64,000 bases of DNA from Gemmatimonadota bacterium (lineage in GTDB: Bacteria; Gemmatimonadota; Gemmatimonadetes; Gemmatimonadales; GWC2-71-9): NCBI GenBank assembly GCA_039588295.1, contig JBDHAB010000002.1:32001-96000 (forward strand). Reading direction: 5' to 3'. The first letter of the stretch is position 1; every line of letters starts with the position of its first letter. Shown here in pieces: positions 38,530-48,125 of this stretch. Position numbers and translations under genes: made by a program. The notes below the pieces were generated by a model, which ran no database searches, was not told where the DNA came from, and saw only the letters and a program-made list of their open reading frames with translations.

Positions 38530-39042
38530 ATGAGACAAGCCCGCAGCCTCCTGTATGTCCTCGTTGTGGTCACCTGGGTGCTCGCACCAACGAACGCGCA
38601 CGCACAGCAACCGCTGGTGAGCAGCACGCTGTCACGTGGTACCATCGTCAGAATCCACCTCAGAGACGGAGAACTGCACCGCGGCCGCCTCGTAGCACCG
38701 TTCGCGCCGGACTCCACAGCGCTCCGCTACTGCCCGTACCCTGCCGCACCATGCACGCTGGGCGACCCGCGACGCACGACCGTGCCGGCTTTCAACATCA
38801 TCGGTATCGATCGTCACGCGGGGAGTAATGGAAGCCGCGGAGCGCTGGTGGGGTTCCTCGCAGGATTGGGAACGAGCCTCGCCGTTCATCTGGCCGACGG
38901 AGAGCTTCCCAATTTCAGCGACCCGATAAGCACCGGACTCACGGTGTCGAGCTCAGGGATAGGAGCGCTGATCGGACTCATGATCGGAGGAGGTCAACAC
39001 CGCTGGGTACCGCTCACCCCGAGGGCACCGTCAGACCCGTGA
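38530..39042 (+). CDS. Hypothetical secreted protein with C-terminal glycine-zipper helices
   Basis: Signal peptide ending AHA-Q; GALVGFLAG and GALIGLMIG motifs. Confidence 0.7.
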   Translation: MRQARSLLYVLVVVTWVLAPTNAHAQQPLVSSTLSRGTIVRIHLRDGELHRGRLVAPFAPDSTALRYCPYPAAPCTLGDPRRTTVPAFNIIGIDRHAGSNGSRGALVGFLAGLGTSLAVHLADGELPNFSDPISTGLTVSSSGIGALIGLMIGGGQHRWVPLTPRAPSDP

Positions 39043-39072
39043 ACTCGGTCGGCCACAGCGCGCTCGCCCCTC

Positions 39073-40779
39073 TCACTTCATCTCGTCCCTCATTGCCCTC
39101 CGTAGCAACGCGAGCGGGAGGCTTCCCTGCTCCAGCAGTGTCTCATGAAACCGTTTGTCGTCGAATCGCTCTCCGAGTTCGGCCTGCAGCTCCGCCTTGC
39201 GTCGTTCGATCTCGAGCCACCCGATGATGTAGCTGGGCGCCTGCGTCGGCCACGTGGTGTAACGGTTCACCTCTGCTTCCGCTGCCGACCGCGTGAGCCC
39301 CACTTCGTCGACAAAGAACCGCACCGCTTCCTCGTAGCTCATTCGACCGGTGTGCAGTGATGGATCGATGATCACCCGCGCGGTGCGCCAGAGCCGCATC
39401 TGCAGTTGCGCGAGCTTCTGGTCATCGGTCGTGAACAACCCGGCACGACGCATCCAGTGCTCGGCGTAGAGCGCCCACCCCTCTCCATAGTAGGTGCTCG
39501 AGAAACGGCGTCGCAGCAGGCGCGGATTGCGGCGTGCATACACGGTCTGCAAGTGGTGACCGGGATACCCCTCATGCAGCGCGATCACGCTGATCCACCC
39601 GTAGCTCTGAGCCCGCAGCTTGTCGTCCACCTCTTGCGGTGTCATTCCCGGTGTGACGTCGGTGGCGAAGAAGCGGCCGTACATCACGCTATCGCGCTCA
39701 CGGATCCCGCCGTAGCCACCCCACGCGTACGTCTCCCGCAGCGCCGGTGGGGTCGGCACGTACAGCAATTCCTGACACGGTGGGATGCGGATCAGGTCGT
39801 GCTGGATCAGGAACCCGAGCACATGCAATGAGGCTCGGCGGTAGGCCGCGATGATCTCTCCCGGCTCGGGGTGGCGGCCCTGCATCTCGTCCACCAATTG
39901 CCGCCAGCTCTTGGCGGAGTCGATCGTCGCTGCCAGTGAATCGAGTGCACGCTTGGTCTGCTCGTGGATTCGGTATCCCTCGGCGATCATCGTCTCCGCG
40001 GTGTACGGGAGAAAGTGCACCTCGCGAAGCAGCCAATCGTAGTAGCTCGCACCGACGGCCCAGGAGGTCTCGCCGCCCGACGACACGGTGTCACGCAGGA
40101 ATGCCGCATAGGCGGCGAGTGCCTCACGAGCAACAGCACCGGCCTCCAATAATCGCTCCCGCACTCCATCCGGCGCCCGTGCGGCGCGCTCGACGAATTC
40201 GCCGGCGAGGAACCCCACCGATCCATCGATGGTGGATTCGGCGAGCGCGATCCAGAGGGGGGGAGGATCCACCAGACGATCGCGTCCGAGCGCCAAAGCA
40301 CGTGGAGCACGCTCCAGTGTCTCCACCGCCCATTCCCAGTCCTCCTCGCTCGGCTCCTCGTCTCCACCCACCCGCCAGTAGAGATCGCCAAGGGTCACGT
40401 ACCGTCTCGGTACCCGCTCGGGGGTCCGTAAGACGCTGTCGGCCAACGTGCGCTTGGCACGTGACTCGACTAACAGCCAATCCACGCGCTGCGTATTCGT
40501 GAGCCCGACGGTGTCGATGAGCCGCAACTCGCGGAGCACATCGCGCGCCGCTTGCAACGCCCTCCGCTCGGCGTCGGGACGCAGCCGGGTGAGCGGGTCG
40601 TCTGATTCGTCGTCCGGGCGGAAATCTCCCTCCAGGTAACGCAACGTGAACCGTTCGAAACGGGCCGAATCGCCTGTCTCCGGCGCAAGAGCGGCCGGGC
40701 TTCCGGGTGCACATGCGGCAACCAGCAACACGACCGCGAGAGCTGGCGCCGTGGACCTCACGCGTGACCCAGCGTTCAT
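39073..40779 (-). CDS. DUF885 family lipoprotein
   Basis: LVAAC lipobox; HEGYPGHHLQ, EGWALYAE, RLWRTARVIID, PTQAPSY. Confidence 0.92.
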   Translation of the reverse strand: MNAGSRVRSTAPALAVVLLVAACAPGSPAALAPETGDSARFERFTLRYLEGDFRPDDESDDPLTRLRPDAERRALQAARDVLRELRLIDTVGLTNTQRVDWLLVESRAKRTLADSVLRTPERVPRRYVTLGDLYWRVGGDEEPSEEDWEWAVETLERAPRALALGRDRLVDPPPLWIALAESTIDGSVGFLAGEFVERAARAPDGVRERLLEAGAVAREALAAYAAFLRDTVSSGGETSWAVGASYYDWLLREVHFLPYTAETMIAEGYRIHEQTKRALDSLAATIDSAKSWRQLVDEMQGRHPEPGEIIAAYRRASLHVLGFLIQHDLIRIPPCQELLYVPTPPALRETYAWGGYGGIRERDSVMYGRFFATDVTPGMTPQEVDDKLRAQSYGWISVIALHEGYPGHHLQTVYARRNPRLLRRRFSSTYYGEGWALYAEHWMRRAGLFTTDDQKLAQLQMRLWRTARVIIDPSLHTGRMSYEEAVRFFVDEVGLTRSAAEAEVNRYTTWPTQAPSYIIGWLEIERRKAELQAELGERFDDKRFHETLLEQGSLPLALLRRAMRDEMK

Positions 40780-41678
40780 CCGACCTTGTCCGCCATCATC
40801 AGTGCGAGTAACAAAGGGAGATACACCACGGTGACGAGAAACAACCGGCGCGCCTTCCGCGGCGAGTGGTCAAAGCTCACCGCCATGGTTGCCGCAATGA
40901 GCCAGAGGGACAAGCCGGCCGCACCCGCGAAGTAGACCACCCCGGTGGTGCCCAGCACCGTAGGTGCGAGACTCACGGGCAGGAGCGCCACCGCGTAGAG
41001 CAGCGCTTGCCGAAACGTCGCCTCGGCACCGGCGGTGACGCTGAGCATCCGCAGTCCGGCGCGGGCGTAGTCCTCGCGATAGAGCCACGCGAGGGCCAGG
41101 AAATGCGGCAGCTGCCACAGGAAGAGAATGAAGAAGAGCACCCAGGCCCGGAGGCTCACCGTACCTTGAGCTGCAGCCCATCCGCCCACGATCGGTAGCG
41201 CACCGGGAACGGCGCCCACCAGCGTGCACAGCGATGAACGGCGCTTGAGTGGCGTGTAGAGAAAGACGTACGAACCCAGGGTCGCCGCGGCGAGCACGGC
41301 AACGATGGGGTTGGTGAACACAGCGAGGTAGGCGACGCCGGCCAATCCCATGGTCCATGCGACGACCGTCGACTCGGCCGCACGGAGCCGTCCCGACGGC
41401 AACGGTCTGCTCCTCGTTCGCCGCATGCGCGCATCAATCTGCCGCTCGAGGATCTGGTTCAGCGCGTTGCTGCCACCGGCAACCAATGCCGAACCGAGGA
41501 GCGTGTGGAGGAGTCCGGGGAGGTCCACCATGCCCGGCGCCCCAAGGTAGAACCCGGCAGCAACCGTGAACAGGATGAGACCGACGATGTTGGGCTTCGT
41601 CAGCTCAAGATAGTCGGCAGCTCTGCCATGGCGAAGCACGCCGGTTGACACGGTCCCCTCGGTTCTCGCGGCAGGCAT
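40776..41678 (-). CDS. ctaB: Protoheme IX farnesyltransferase (heme O synthase)
   Basis: YLELTKP, NQILERQIDARMRRTRSRPLPSG, YTPLKR, WQLPHF; start at ATG 41678 or GTG 41651. Confidence 0.95.
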   Translation of the reverse strand: MPAARTEGTVSTGVLRHGRAADYLELTKPNIVGLILFTVAAGFYLGAPGMVDLPGLLHTLLGSALVAGGSNALNQILERQIDARMRRTRSRPLPSGRLRAAESTVVAWTMGLAGVAYLAVFTNPIVAVLAAATLGSYVFLYTPLKRRSSLCTLVGAVPGALPIVGGWAAAQGTVSLRAWVLFFILFLWQLPHFLALAWLYREDYARAGLRMLSVTAGAEATFRQALLYAVALLPVSLAPTVLGTTGVVYFAGAAGLSLWLIAATMAVSFDHSPRKARRLFLVTVVYLPLLLALMMADKVG

Positions 41679-41768
41679 AGGGCGACGAATGATGTCTCGG
41701 GCAACACGTCCGCCGCAACCACCATGGAAACCCACCTACCCCCTGCGAGGACAGGAACCGAGCCCGTG

Positions 41769-41807
41769 AAAACAGAAGACCCCGAGCGACTAGCCGTCGT
41801 CCGGGGC
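41769..41807 (-). terminator. Probable terminator between the oxidase subunit genes and ctaB
   Basis: Minus-strand hairpin GCCCCGGACGAC..GTCGCTCGGGGT followed by CTTCTGTTTT. Confidence 0.6.
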
Positions 41808-41832
41808 CTCAACCACCGTCCATGGGGCGTCG

Positions 41833-42144
41833 CTAGGACCCTACTGCAAATACCCCGAAGAGAAACAGCAGTGCGACAGCTACCGCCATCGCGATCAGGA
41901 GCGGAACGGTGAAGATGGCAGTGAACAACCGGTGGTCCGTCTTGAGGTGCATGTAGAACATCACCACGAGCGCGAACTTCGTCCCCGAGAGGATCAGGAG
42001 AATCGGTGCGAGGAACGGCCGGAACGCCGGGACGTAGAAGACTCCGACCTCCACGAGCGTGATGACCGTCAGCACACCCGCCACGGTCAGATAGGTTCCG
42101 ACCCCGGGATGCGCGCGCTCCGAGTGCGCGGGCTGTTCACTCAT
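41833..42144 (-). CDS. ctaF: Cytochrome c oxidase subunit IV
   Basis: LTVITLVEV, KFALVVMFYMHLK; three TM helices; start overlaps the subunit III stop. Confidence 0.9.
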   Translation of the reverse strand: MSEQPAHSERAHPGVGTYLTVAGVLTVITLVEVGVFYVPAFRPFLAPILLILSGTKFALVVMFYMHLKTDHRLFTAIFTVPLLIAMAVAVALLFLFGVFAVGS

Positions 42145-42743
42145 CAAGCCCCTCCATTGGTGCGCAGCAGATACACAACCGTGAAGATCACGATCCACAC
42201 CACGTCCACAAAGTGCCAGTAGAGTCCAGCCAGTTCCACGTTCAGCGCTTTGTCGGGCCCCAGCTTGCCCTGGAACGACCGAACCAGGAGCGTGAGCAAC
42301 CAGATCACGCCGACCGCGACGTGGCCTCCGTGGAATCCCGTCAACGTGAAGAACGTCGAGCCGAACAGATTGACTTGCAGTGTGAGTCCTTCGTGCACGA
42401 AGGACCAGAACTCGAACACCTGAAACCCGAGGAAGATCGCGCCGAGCAGCGCGGTGGTACCGAGCCATACTCGCGCCCACACCTTGTCGCCTCGCTGCAC
42501 CGCCGCCAGCGCCAGCACCATGGCCAGGCTGGACATGAGCAGGTCGAAGGTGCTGACGGACGTGAGCGGGATGTTGAGAATCTCGGCCGGTGTCGGACCC
42601 GACACGCTCTTTCCCTGATAGACCAAGTAGGTCGAGATCAACGACCCGAAGAGCAGGCACTCCGACCCGATGAAGGTCCAGAACGCGATCTTTCGGCTGT
42701 CGAGTCCGGTACTCGTGTGATGAGCTGTGGCAGCGTGCGTCAT
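42144..42743 (-). CDS. ctaE: Cytochrome c oxidase subunit III
   Basis: FIGSECLLFG, FFTLTGFHGGHV, GLYWHFVDVVW. Confidence 0.95.
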   Translation of the reverse strand: MTHAATAHHTSTGLDSRKIAFWTFIGSECLLFGSLISTYLVYQGKSVSGPTPAEILNIPLTSVSTFDLLMSSLAMVLALAAVQRGDKVWARVWLGTTALLGAIFLGFQVFEFWSFVHEGLTLQVNLFGSTFFTLTGFHGGHVAVGVIWLLTLLVRSFQGKLGPDKALNVELAGLYWHFVDVVWIVIFTVVYLLRTNGGA

Positions 42744-42744
42744 G

Positions 42745-44556
42745 CTACATCTCGAAGGGCTCGAACGCCCAGGCATAGATGCTGACAACGAGGACGGCCG
42801 CGCCTCCGAGCGCCACCCACAGGTTGCCGAGGACGGCGCCGGTGGCGATCACGACGATTCCGATCGCCGCAACCGCAGGCCAGAACGACCCACCGGGAAG
42901 ATGGATCGGTTCGAGTGGCGTCTTGGGAAGCGGGGTCATGCCGTCCGTGGACCACCGGGGGAGCCGGCTCCGTACCTCAGGAATCGCCGTGAAGTTGTAC
43001 GCCGGCGGCGGCGAGGGGATCGACCATTCCAGTGTGGCACCGCCCCAGGGATCATCACCCGCCGGTGCGCCCTTGCTGAGCGTCCACACCACGTTCACGA
43101 GGAACAGCAGAACACCCACCCCCATGACGAACGCACCAACGGTCGCTACCAGGTTCATCGAGTCGAGCCCCAGCGCCGCATCGTAGGTGTAGATCCGTCG
43201 AGGCATGCCCAGGAGTCCGATGAAGTGCATCGGGAAGAATGCGAGGTTCGCTCCAATCAACGTCAGCCAGAAGTTCAGCTTCCCGATCGTCTCGTTGAGG
43301 AGCTTGCCCGTCACCTTGGGCCACCAGTAGTAAATACCGGCGAAGATGCCCATCATCGCCCCACCGAACAGCACGTAGTGGAAATGGGCCACGACGAAGT
43401 ACGTATCGGTTTGCTGCAGATCGGCCGGTGGTGAGGAGTGCATGACGCCCGAGAGCCCACCGACGATAAACATCGCAATGAAGCCGACGGCGAACAGCAT
43501 GGACGTGGTGAACCGGATCTTCCCGCCCCACATCGTCGCGATCCAGTTGAAGATCTTCACCCCGGTCGGGATGGCGATCAGCATGGTGGTCGCCGAAAAC
43601 ACGGAGTCGGCCACCGGTCCCAGTCCGACCTGGAACATGTGGTGCGCCCACACACCCCACCCAAGGACGCCGATCAACAGCCCCGAGTACACCACGATGG
43701 CGTACCCGAACAGCGGCTTCCGCGAAAACGTCGGGATCACGTCCGAGACCATCCCCATGGCAGGCAGGATCAGGATGTAGACCTCGGGATGACCGAAGAG
43801 CCAGAAGAGGTGCTGCCAAAGGAGCACGTCGCCGCCGGCGGCCACCGAATAGAAATTGGTGCCGAACTTCCGGTCGAACATCAGGAACACGAGCGCGACC
43901 GTGATCACCGGGAATGCCGTCACGATGATGAACTGTGTGACCAGGCTCATCCACGTGAACACCGGCATGCGCATCAGGCGCATCCCCGGAGCACGCAGGT
44001 TCACGATGGTGACGATGAAATTGATCCCGGCCGCAATCGACGCGACCCCCAGCACCTGCAGCCCCAGAACCCAGAAATCAACGTGCAGTCCCGGAGAGTA
44101 CTGCGATGACGTGAGGTTCGCGTACCCGAACCAGCCTGCGTTCGGCGCGGAACCGACCAAGAAGCTCGCGTTGAGAAACAGTCCGCCGAGCAGGAACACC
44201 CAGTAACTGAACGCGTTCAGGCGGGGAAACGCGACATCCCGCGCGCCGATCTGCAGCGGAATCACGAAATTGAAGAACGCGGCCGACAGGGGCATGATGG
44301 CCAGAAAGACCATCGTGGTGCCGTGCATCGTGAACAGCTCGTTGTACGTCGCTGCGCTCACGAGGTCGTTCCCTGACGACGCCAGCTGCAGCCGGATGAT
44401 CAGCGCCTCGAGGCCGCCCAGGAGGAAGAAGGCGAACGCACTGACCCCATACAGGATTCCGATCCGTTTGTGATCGGTGGTGGTCACCCAGCTCCAGATG
44501 CGGGACCCCAACGACGCTGAGTCGGCCGGGACGTGTGGCGCAACCGAAGTAGCCAT
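42745..44556 (-). CDS. ctaD: Cytochrome c oxidase subunit I (A1 type)
   Basis: TDHKRIG, TMHGTTM, GHPEVY, WAHHM, VAHFHY, GMPRR. Confidence 0.98.
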   Translation of the reverse strand: MATSVAPHVPADSASLGSRIWSWVTTTDHKRIGILYGVSAFAFFLLGGLEALIIRLQLASSGNDLVSAATYNELFTMHGTTMVFLAIMPLSAAFFNFVIPLQIGARDVAFPRLNAFSYWVFLLGGLFLNASFLVGSAPNAGWFGYANLTSSQYSPGLHVDFWVLGLQVLGVASIAAGINFIVTIVNLRAPGMRLMRMPVFTWMSLVTQFIIVTAFPVITVALVFLMFDRKFGTNFYSVAAGGDVLLWQHLFWLFGHPEVYILILPAMGMVSDVIPTFSRKPLFGYAIVVYSGLLIGVLGWGVWAHHMFQVGLGPVADSVFSATTMLIAIPTGVKIFNWIATMWGGKIRFTTSMLFAVGFIAMFIVGGLSGVMHSSPPADLQQTDTYFVVAHFHYVLFGGAMMGIFAGIYYWWPKVTGKLLNETIGKLNFWLTLIGANLAFFPMHFIGLLGMPRRIYTYDAALGLDSMNLVATVGAFVMGVGVLLFLVNVVWTLSKGAPAGDDPWGGATLEWSIPSPPPAYNFTAIPEVRSRLPRWSTDGMTPLPKTPLEPIHLPGGSFWPAVAAIGIVVIATGAVLGNLWVALGGAAVLVVSIYAWAFEPFEM

Positions 44557-44570
44557 AGGCGACGTCCCCC

Positions 44571-45653
44571 CTACCTCAGGCTCTGGAGATACGCGACCAG
44601 CGCCGCAACCTCATCTTCCGTCAAATCGACTTTCGGCATCAGACTACCGGGTTTCTCCGCCACCGGATCGCGCAACCACCGAGCCAAACCCTCGGGCGAG
44701 TTTGGCAAGATCCCCGAAGCGATCGTCGTCCGGCTGCCCACATGGGTGAGGTTGGGTCCCAAGACTCCTTGGGCCACGCCTTCCACCACGTGGCACCCGA
44801 TGCACAGCTTGACCGGTTGCCGAAATGTCTCCACCCCTCGACGCGCGAGCTCCGAGAGGGAATCGACCGGCGCGGGCGGGTTGGTCTGTTGCTCCACCCA
44901 GGCGTCGAAGCCATCCGGGGCATCCACCATGACACGGAACCGCATGTTCGCGTGGGAAGTGCCGCAAAACTCAGCACACTGACCAAAGACCTCACCCACC
45001 GAATCCGCCTGGAACGCGATTCGGGTAGTGCGACCCGGCATTACGTCCCGCTTGCCACCCAGTTTGGGAGCCCAGAAGCTGTGGATGACGTCAACCGAAG
45101 TCATCGACAGCGCAACTGGACGTCCCTGCGGAACGTGCATCTCGTTCGCCGTCGTGATGCCGTATTCGGGATACCGGAACTCCCACCACCATTGGTGGCC
45201 GATCACCTCGACCTGCAGCGCTCCCTCCGCGGGGCTGCCGTCGGTGCGGAAGATCGTCTGGATGGTGGGAACGGCGATGAAGATGAGCACCACGGCCGGT
45301 GCCAGGGTCCACGCGATCTCCAGCAGCGTGTTGCCATGGACATGCTTCGGGTCTGTCGAGGCCCTGCGCTCGCGGTATCGGAGGATAACGTAGAGCAGAG
45401 CGGTTTCCACCACCACAAACACCCCGAGCGCCCACCAGAAGATGGTCCGATAGAGGCTGTCGATATCCTCACCGAAATCCGCCGTAGGATGCAGCGTGGA
45501 CTGCGGATACTCACCGGAACAGGCCGAGATCAGTAGCGCGAGGGCGACCGCCGCAAGTGGCGCCACTGACCGCCCCTGGCCAGTCAAGTGCTTGATGGCT
45601 GGATCCTTTGCACAATGAGAATGTTGTGTGCCAATGCTACCTGCCATTGTCAA
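44571..45653 (-). CDS. ctaC: Cytochrome c oxidase subunit II with fused cytochrome c (caa3 type)
   Basis: ISAC lipobox-like motif; QWWWEF, HSFW, CAEFCGTSHANM CuA site; CIGCH heme c motif; start uncertain. Confidence 0.95.
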   Translation of the reverse strand: MTMAGSIGTQHSHCAKDPAIKHLTGQGRSVAPLAAVALALLISACSGEYPQSTLHPTADFGEDIDSLYRTIFWWALGVFVVVETALLYVILRYRERRASTDPKHVHGNTLLEIAWTLAPAVVLIFIAVPTIQTIFRTDGSPAEGALQVEVIGHQWWWEFRYPEYGITTANEMHVPQGRPVALSMTSVDVIHSFWAPKLGGKRDVMPGRTTRIAFQADSVGEVFGQCAEFCGTSHANMRFRVMVDAPDGFDAWVEQQTNPPAPVDSLSELARRGVETFRQPVKLCIGCHVVEGVAQGVLGPNLTHVGSRTTIASGILPNSPEGLARWLRDPVAEKPGSLMPKVDLTEDEVAALVAYLQSLR

Positions 45654-45832
45654 TTGGCTCCGCCCGGCGGCGGAGCCGGCGAATTCTAGCGTTCTCCTCC
45701 CCTTTGGTCAACGTGCGGCGCGACCCCGTCCAACCGCAGCGACGGGTATCTTTCAGCATCGTGACGAACCCAGACCGAGTGGGCTTCCCGAGTGCCACGC
45801 TCGGACGAACAAGAAGAGGAGGAACAGAAGTC

Positions 45833-46243
45833 ATGGTGCAAGATTCGATCGGCTACGGACTGCACGTCGAGGTACCACTCGGATACGAAACCGCGGTCGA
45901 GCGTGCTCGTGAGGAGCTTGGCAAGGAGGGATTCGGGGTGCTGACCGAGATCGACGTCAAGGCAACGCTGAAGAACAAGCTCGATGTCGAATTTCGGCCG
46001 TACGTCATTCTCGGCGCCTGCAACCCTCCAATCGCCCATCAGGCCCTTTCGCGGGAACGGAACATCGGCATGCTCCTACCGTGCAACGTGATCGTGTACG
46101 CGTCGGACGACCCGGGCAAGAGCGTGGTCGCGGCACTCGACCCGGTGAAGCAGTTGGGAATTGCCGGACGTTCGGACATGGAACCGATGGCGCTCGAGGT
46201 GCGCGAGCGCATGAGGCGCGTGCTCGAACGGGTGGCGGGATAG
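45833..46243 (+). CDS. DUF302 domain protein
   Basis: EGFGVLTEIDV, ILGACNP, IGMLLPCNV; RBS GAGGAGG. Confidence 0.93.
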   Translation: MVQDSIGYGLHVEVPLGYETAVERAREELGKEGFGVLTEIDVKATLKNKLDVEFRPYVILGACNPPIAHQALSRERNIGMLLPCNVIVYASDDPGKSVVAALDPVKQLGIAGRSDMEPMALEVRERMRRVLERVAG

Positions 46244-46388
46244 CCTAGAGCATCACACCGCTGCCGAGCGGTCGGTAGGCGGCGCGCCACCCTGGCCACC
46301 GCCGCCCACCGTCGTATGTTTCACTGTCCATTCGGACACGCTGCACGCGGCGCGTGCCTACCTCCTTCACCCCTTCCCGAACAACGTC

Positions 46389-48125
46389 ATGCGACAGACC
46401 AATCCGATCGGCAGCGGCGACCGACCCGAGCAAGACCTCGATCGCCGGCGCTTCATGGCCTACTTCGCAGCAGCGGGACTCGGGGGGACCGCCCTTCCGG
46501 CCGCGCTGTGGGGGCTGGCGCAGGAAGCCGGCACGATCACCAAGGAGATGCTCGCCGACGCGGAGGCGGTCGCCGGGCTCGAGTTCACCGACGGCGAGCG
46601 CGATCTGATGCTGGCGGGGCTGAACGAGAACCTCGAGGCGTACGAGGAAATGCGCGCGGTGTCGATCCCGAACGACGTGCACCCGGCGCTCCTCTTCGAC
46701 CCGGTGATACCATCGCACACGCCAGCCGTAGAGCGCCGCGCGCACCGCAGGACGCGACGGCCTTCAGTCACACGACCGGAGAATCTCGAGCGGGCTGCGT
46801 TCTGGTCGCTCACGGAATTGGGCGAGTTGCTCAGAAGCCGTCAGGTATCGTCCGTCGAGTTGACCACGATGTACCTGGAGCGCATGAAGCGCTATGCAGC
46901 GAAGCTGGAATGCGCCATTACGCTCACCGAAGATTTGGCGCTCCGGCAGGCACGACGGGCAGACGCCGAGATGGCTCGCGGCCGGTATCGGGGACCGCTC
47001 CACGGCGTACCGTGGGGTGCCAAGGACCTGTTGGCGGAGGAGGAGTACCGCACGACGTGGGGCGCCGCGCCGTTCGAGAATCAGGTGATTGCCTACGATG
47101 CCACGGTCGTTGATCGGCTGGAGGAAGCGGGAGCCGTGCTGATTGCCAAGCTCACGTTGGGCGCCCTGGCATGGGGCGACGTGTGGTACGGCGGCAAGAC
47201 GCGCAATCCGTGGAATCCCGAACAAGGTTCCTCCGGATCCTCGGCCGGGTCCGCGTCGGCGACGGTGGCGGGGCTGGTGGGATTCGGCATCGGCAGTGAG
47301 ACGCTCGGTTCCATCGTCTCGCCGTCGACTCGCTGCGGTGCCACGGGGCTCCGACCGACGTTCGGGCGAGTGAGTCGGTGGGGCGCCATGGCCCTTTCGT
47401 GGAGCATGGACAAGCTGGGTCCAATCTGCCGCAGCGCGGAGGACTGTGCGCTCGTGTTCGCCGCGATTCACGGCGCGGACGGCAAAGACCCGACGGCGCG
47501 GACTCTGCCGTTCGACTGGGACCCGCAAGTCCCTCTCGCATCTCTCCGGATCGGTTACTACCGCAGTGCCTTCGAACGGCCGCCGGAGGACTACCGGTTG
47601 CGGGACTACGACCGTGCGGCGTTGGGTGTCATTCGCTCGCTCGGAGTGGATCCGATTCCCGTCGAGCTGCCGGACCGGTTCCCGGTGGACGCGCTCAGGA
47701 TCATCCTCAACGCGGAGGCGGCGGCGGCCTTTGACGAGCTGACACGCAGCAACCGCGACGATGCACTGGTGCGGCAGGTTGCGCGCGCATGGCCGAATGT
47801 GTTCCGCCGGTCCCGGCTCATTCCGGCAGTCGAGTACATCCAGGCCAACCGGATTCGGACGATGCTCATGGGCGCGATGCAAGCGGTGATGGAAGGCGTC
47901 GACGTGTTCGTGACGCCGTCCTATGGTGGCAGCGTGCTGCTGACCACCAATCTCACCGGCCACCCGGCGGTCACCGTGCCGAGTGGATTCCGTGACGACG
48001 GCACACCAGTCAGCATCTCGTTTATCGGGAAACTCTACGGAGAGGCCGACCTGCTCGCCGTGGCCAGAGCGTACCAGCAGGCGACGGGCTTTCATCTCGA
48101 ACGACCGCCGGAGTTCGCCGCATGA
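46389..48125 (+). CDS. Amidase-signature family enzyme with Tat signal peptide
   Basis: DRRRFMAY Tat motif; GPLHGVPWGAKD, GSSGSSAGS, GSETLGSIVSP. Confidence 0.93.
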   Translation: MRQTNPIGSGDRPEQDLDRRRFMAYFAAAGLGGTALPAALWGLAQEAGTITKEMLADAEAVAGLEFTDGERDLMLAGLNENLEAYEEMRAVSIPNDVHPALLFDPVIPSHTPAVERRAHRRTRRPSVTRPENLERAAFWSLTELGELLRSRQVSSVELTTMYLERMKRYAAKLECAITLTEDLALRQARRADAEMARGRYRGPLHGVPWGAKDLLAEEEYRTTWGAAPFENQVIAYDATVVDRLEEAGAVLIAKLTLGALAWGDVWYGGKTRNPWNPEQGSSGSSAGSASATVAGLVGFGIGSETLGSIVSPSTRCGATGLRPTFGRVSRWGAMALSWSMDKLGPICRSAEDCALVFAAIHGADGKDPTARTLPFDWDPQVPLASLRIGYYRSAFERPPEDYRLRDYDRAALGVIRSLGVDPIPVELPDRFPVDALRIILNAEAAAAFDELTRSNRDDALVRQVARAWPNVFRRSRLIPAVEYIQANRIRTMLMGAMQAVMEGVDVFVTPSYGGSVLLTTNLTGHPAVTVPSGFRDDGTPVSISFIGKLYGEADLLAVARAYQQATGFHLERPPEFAA

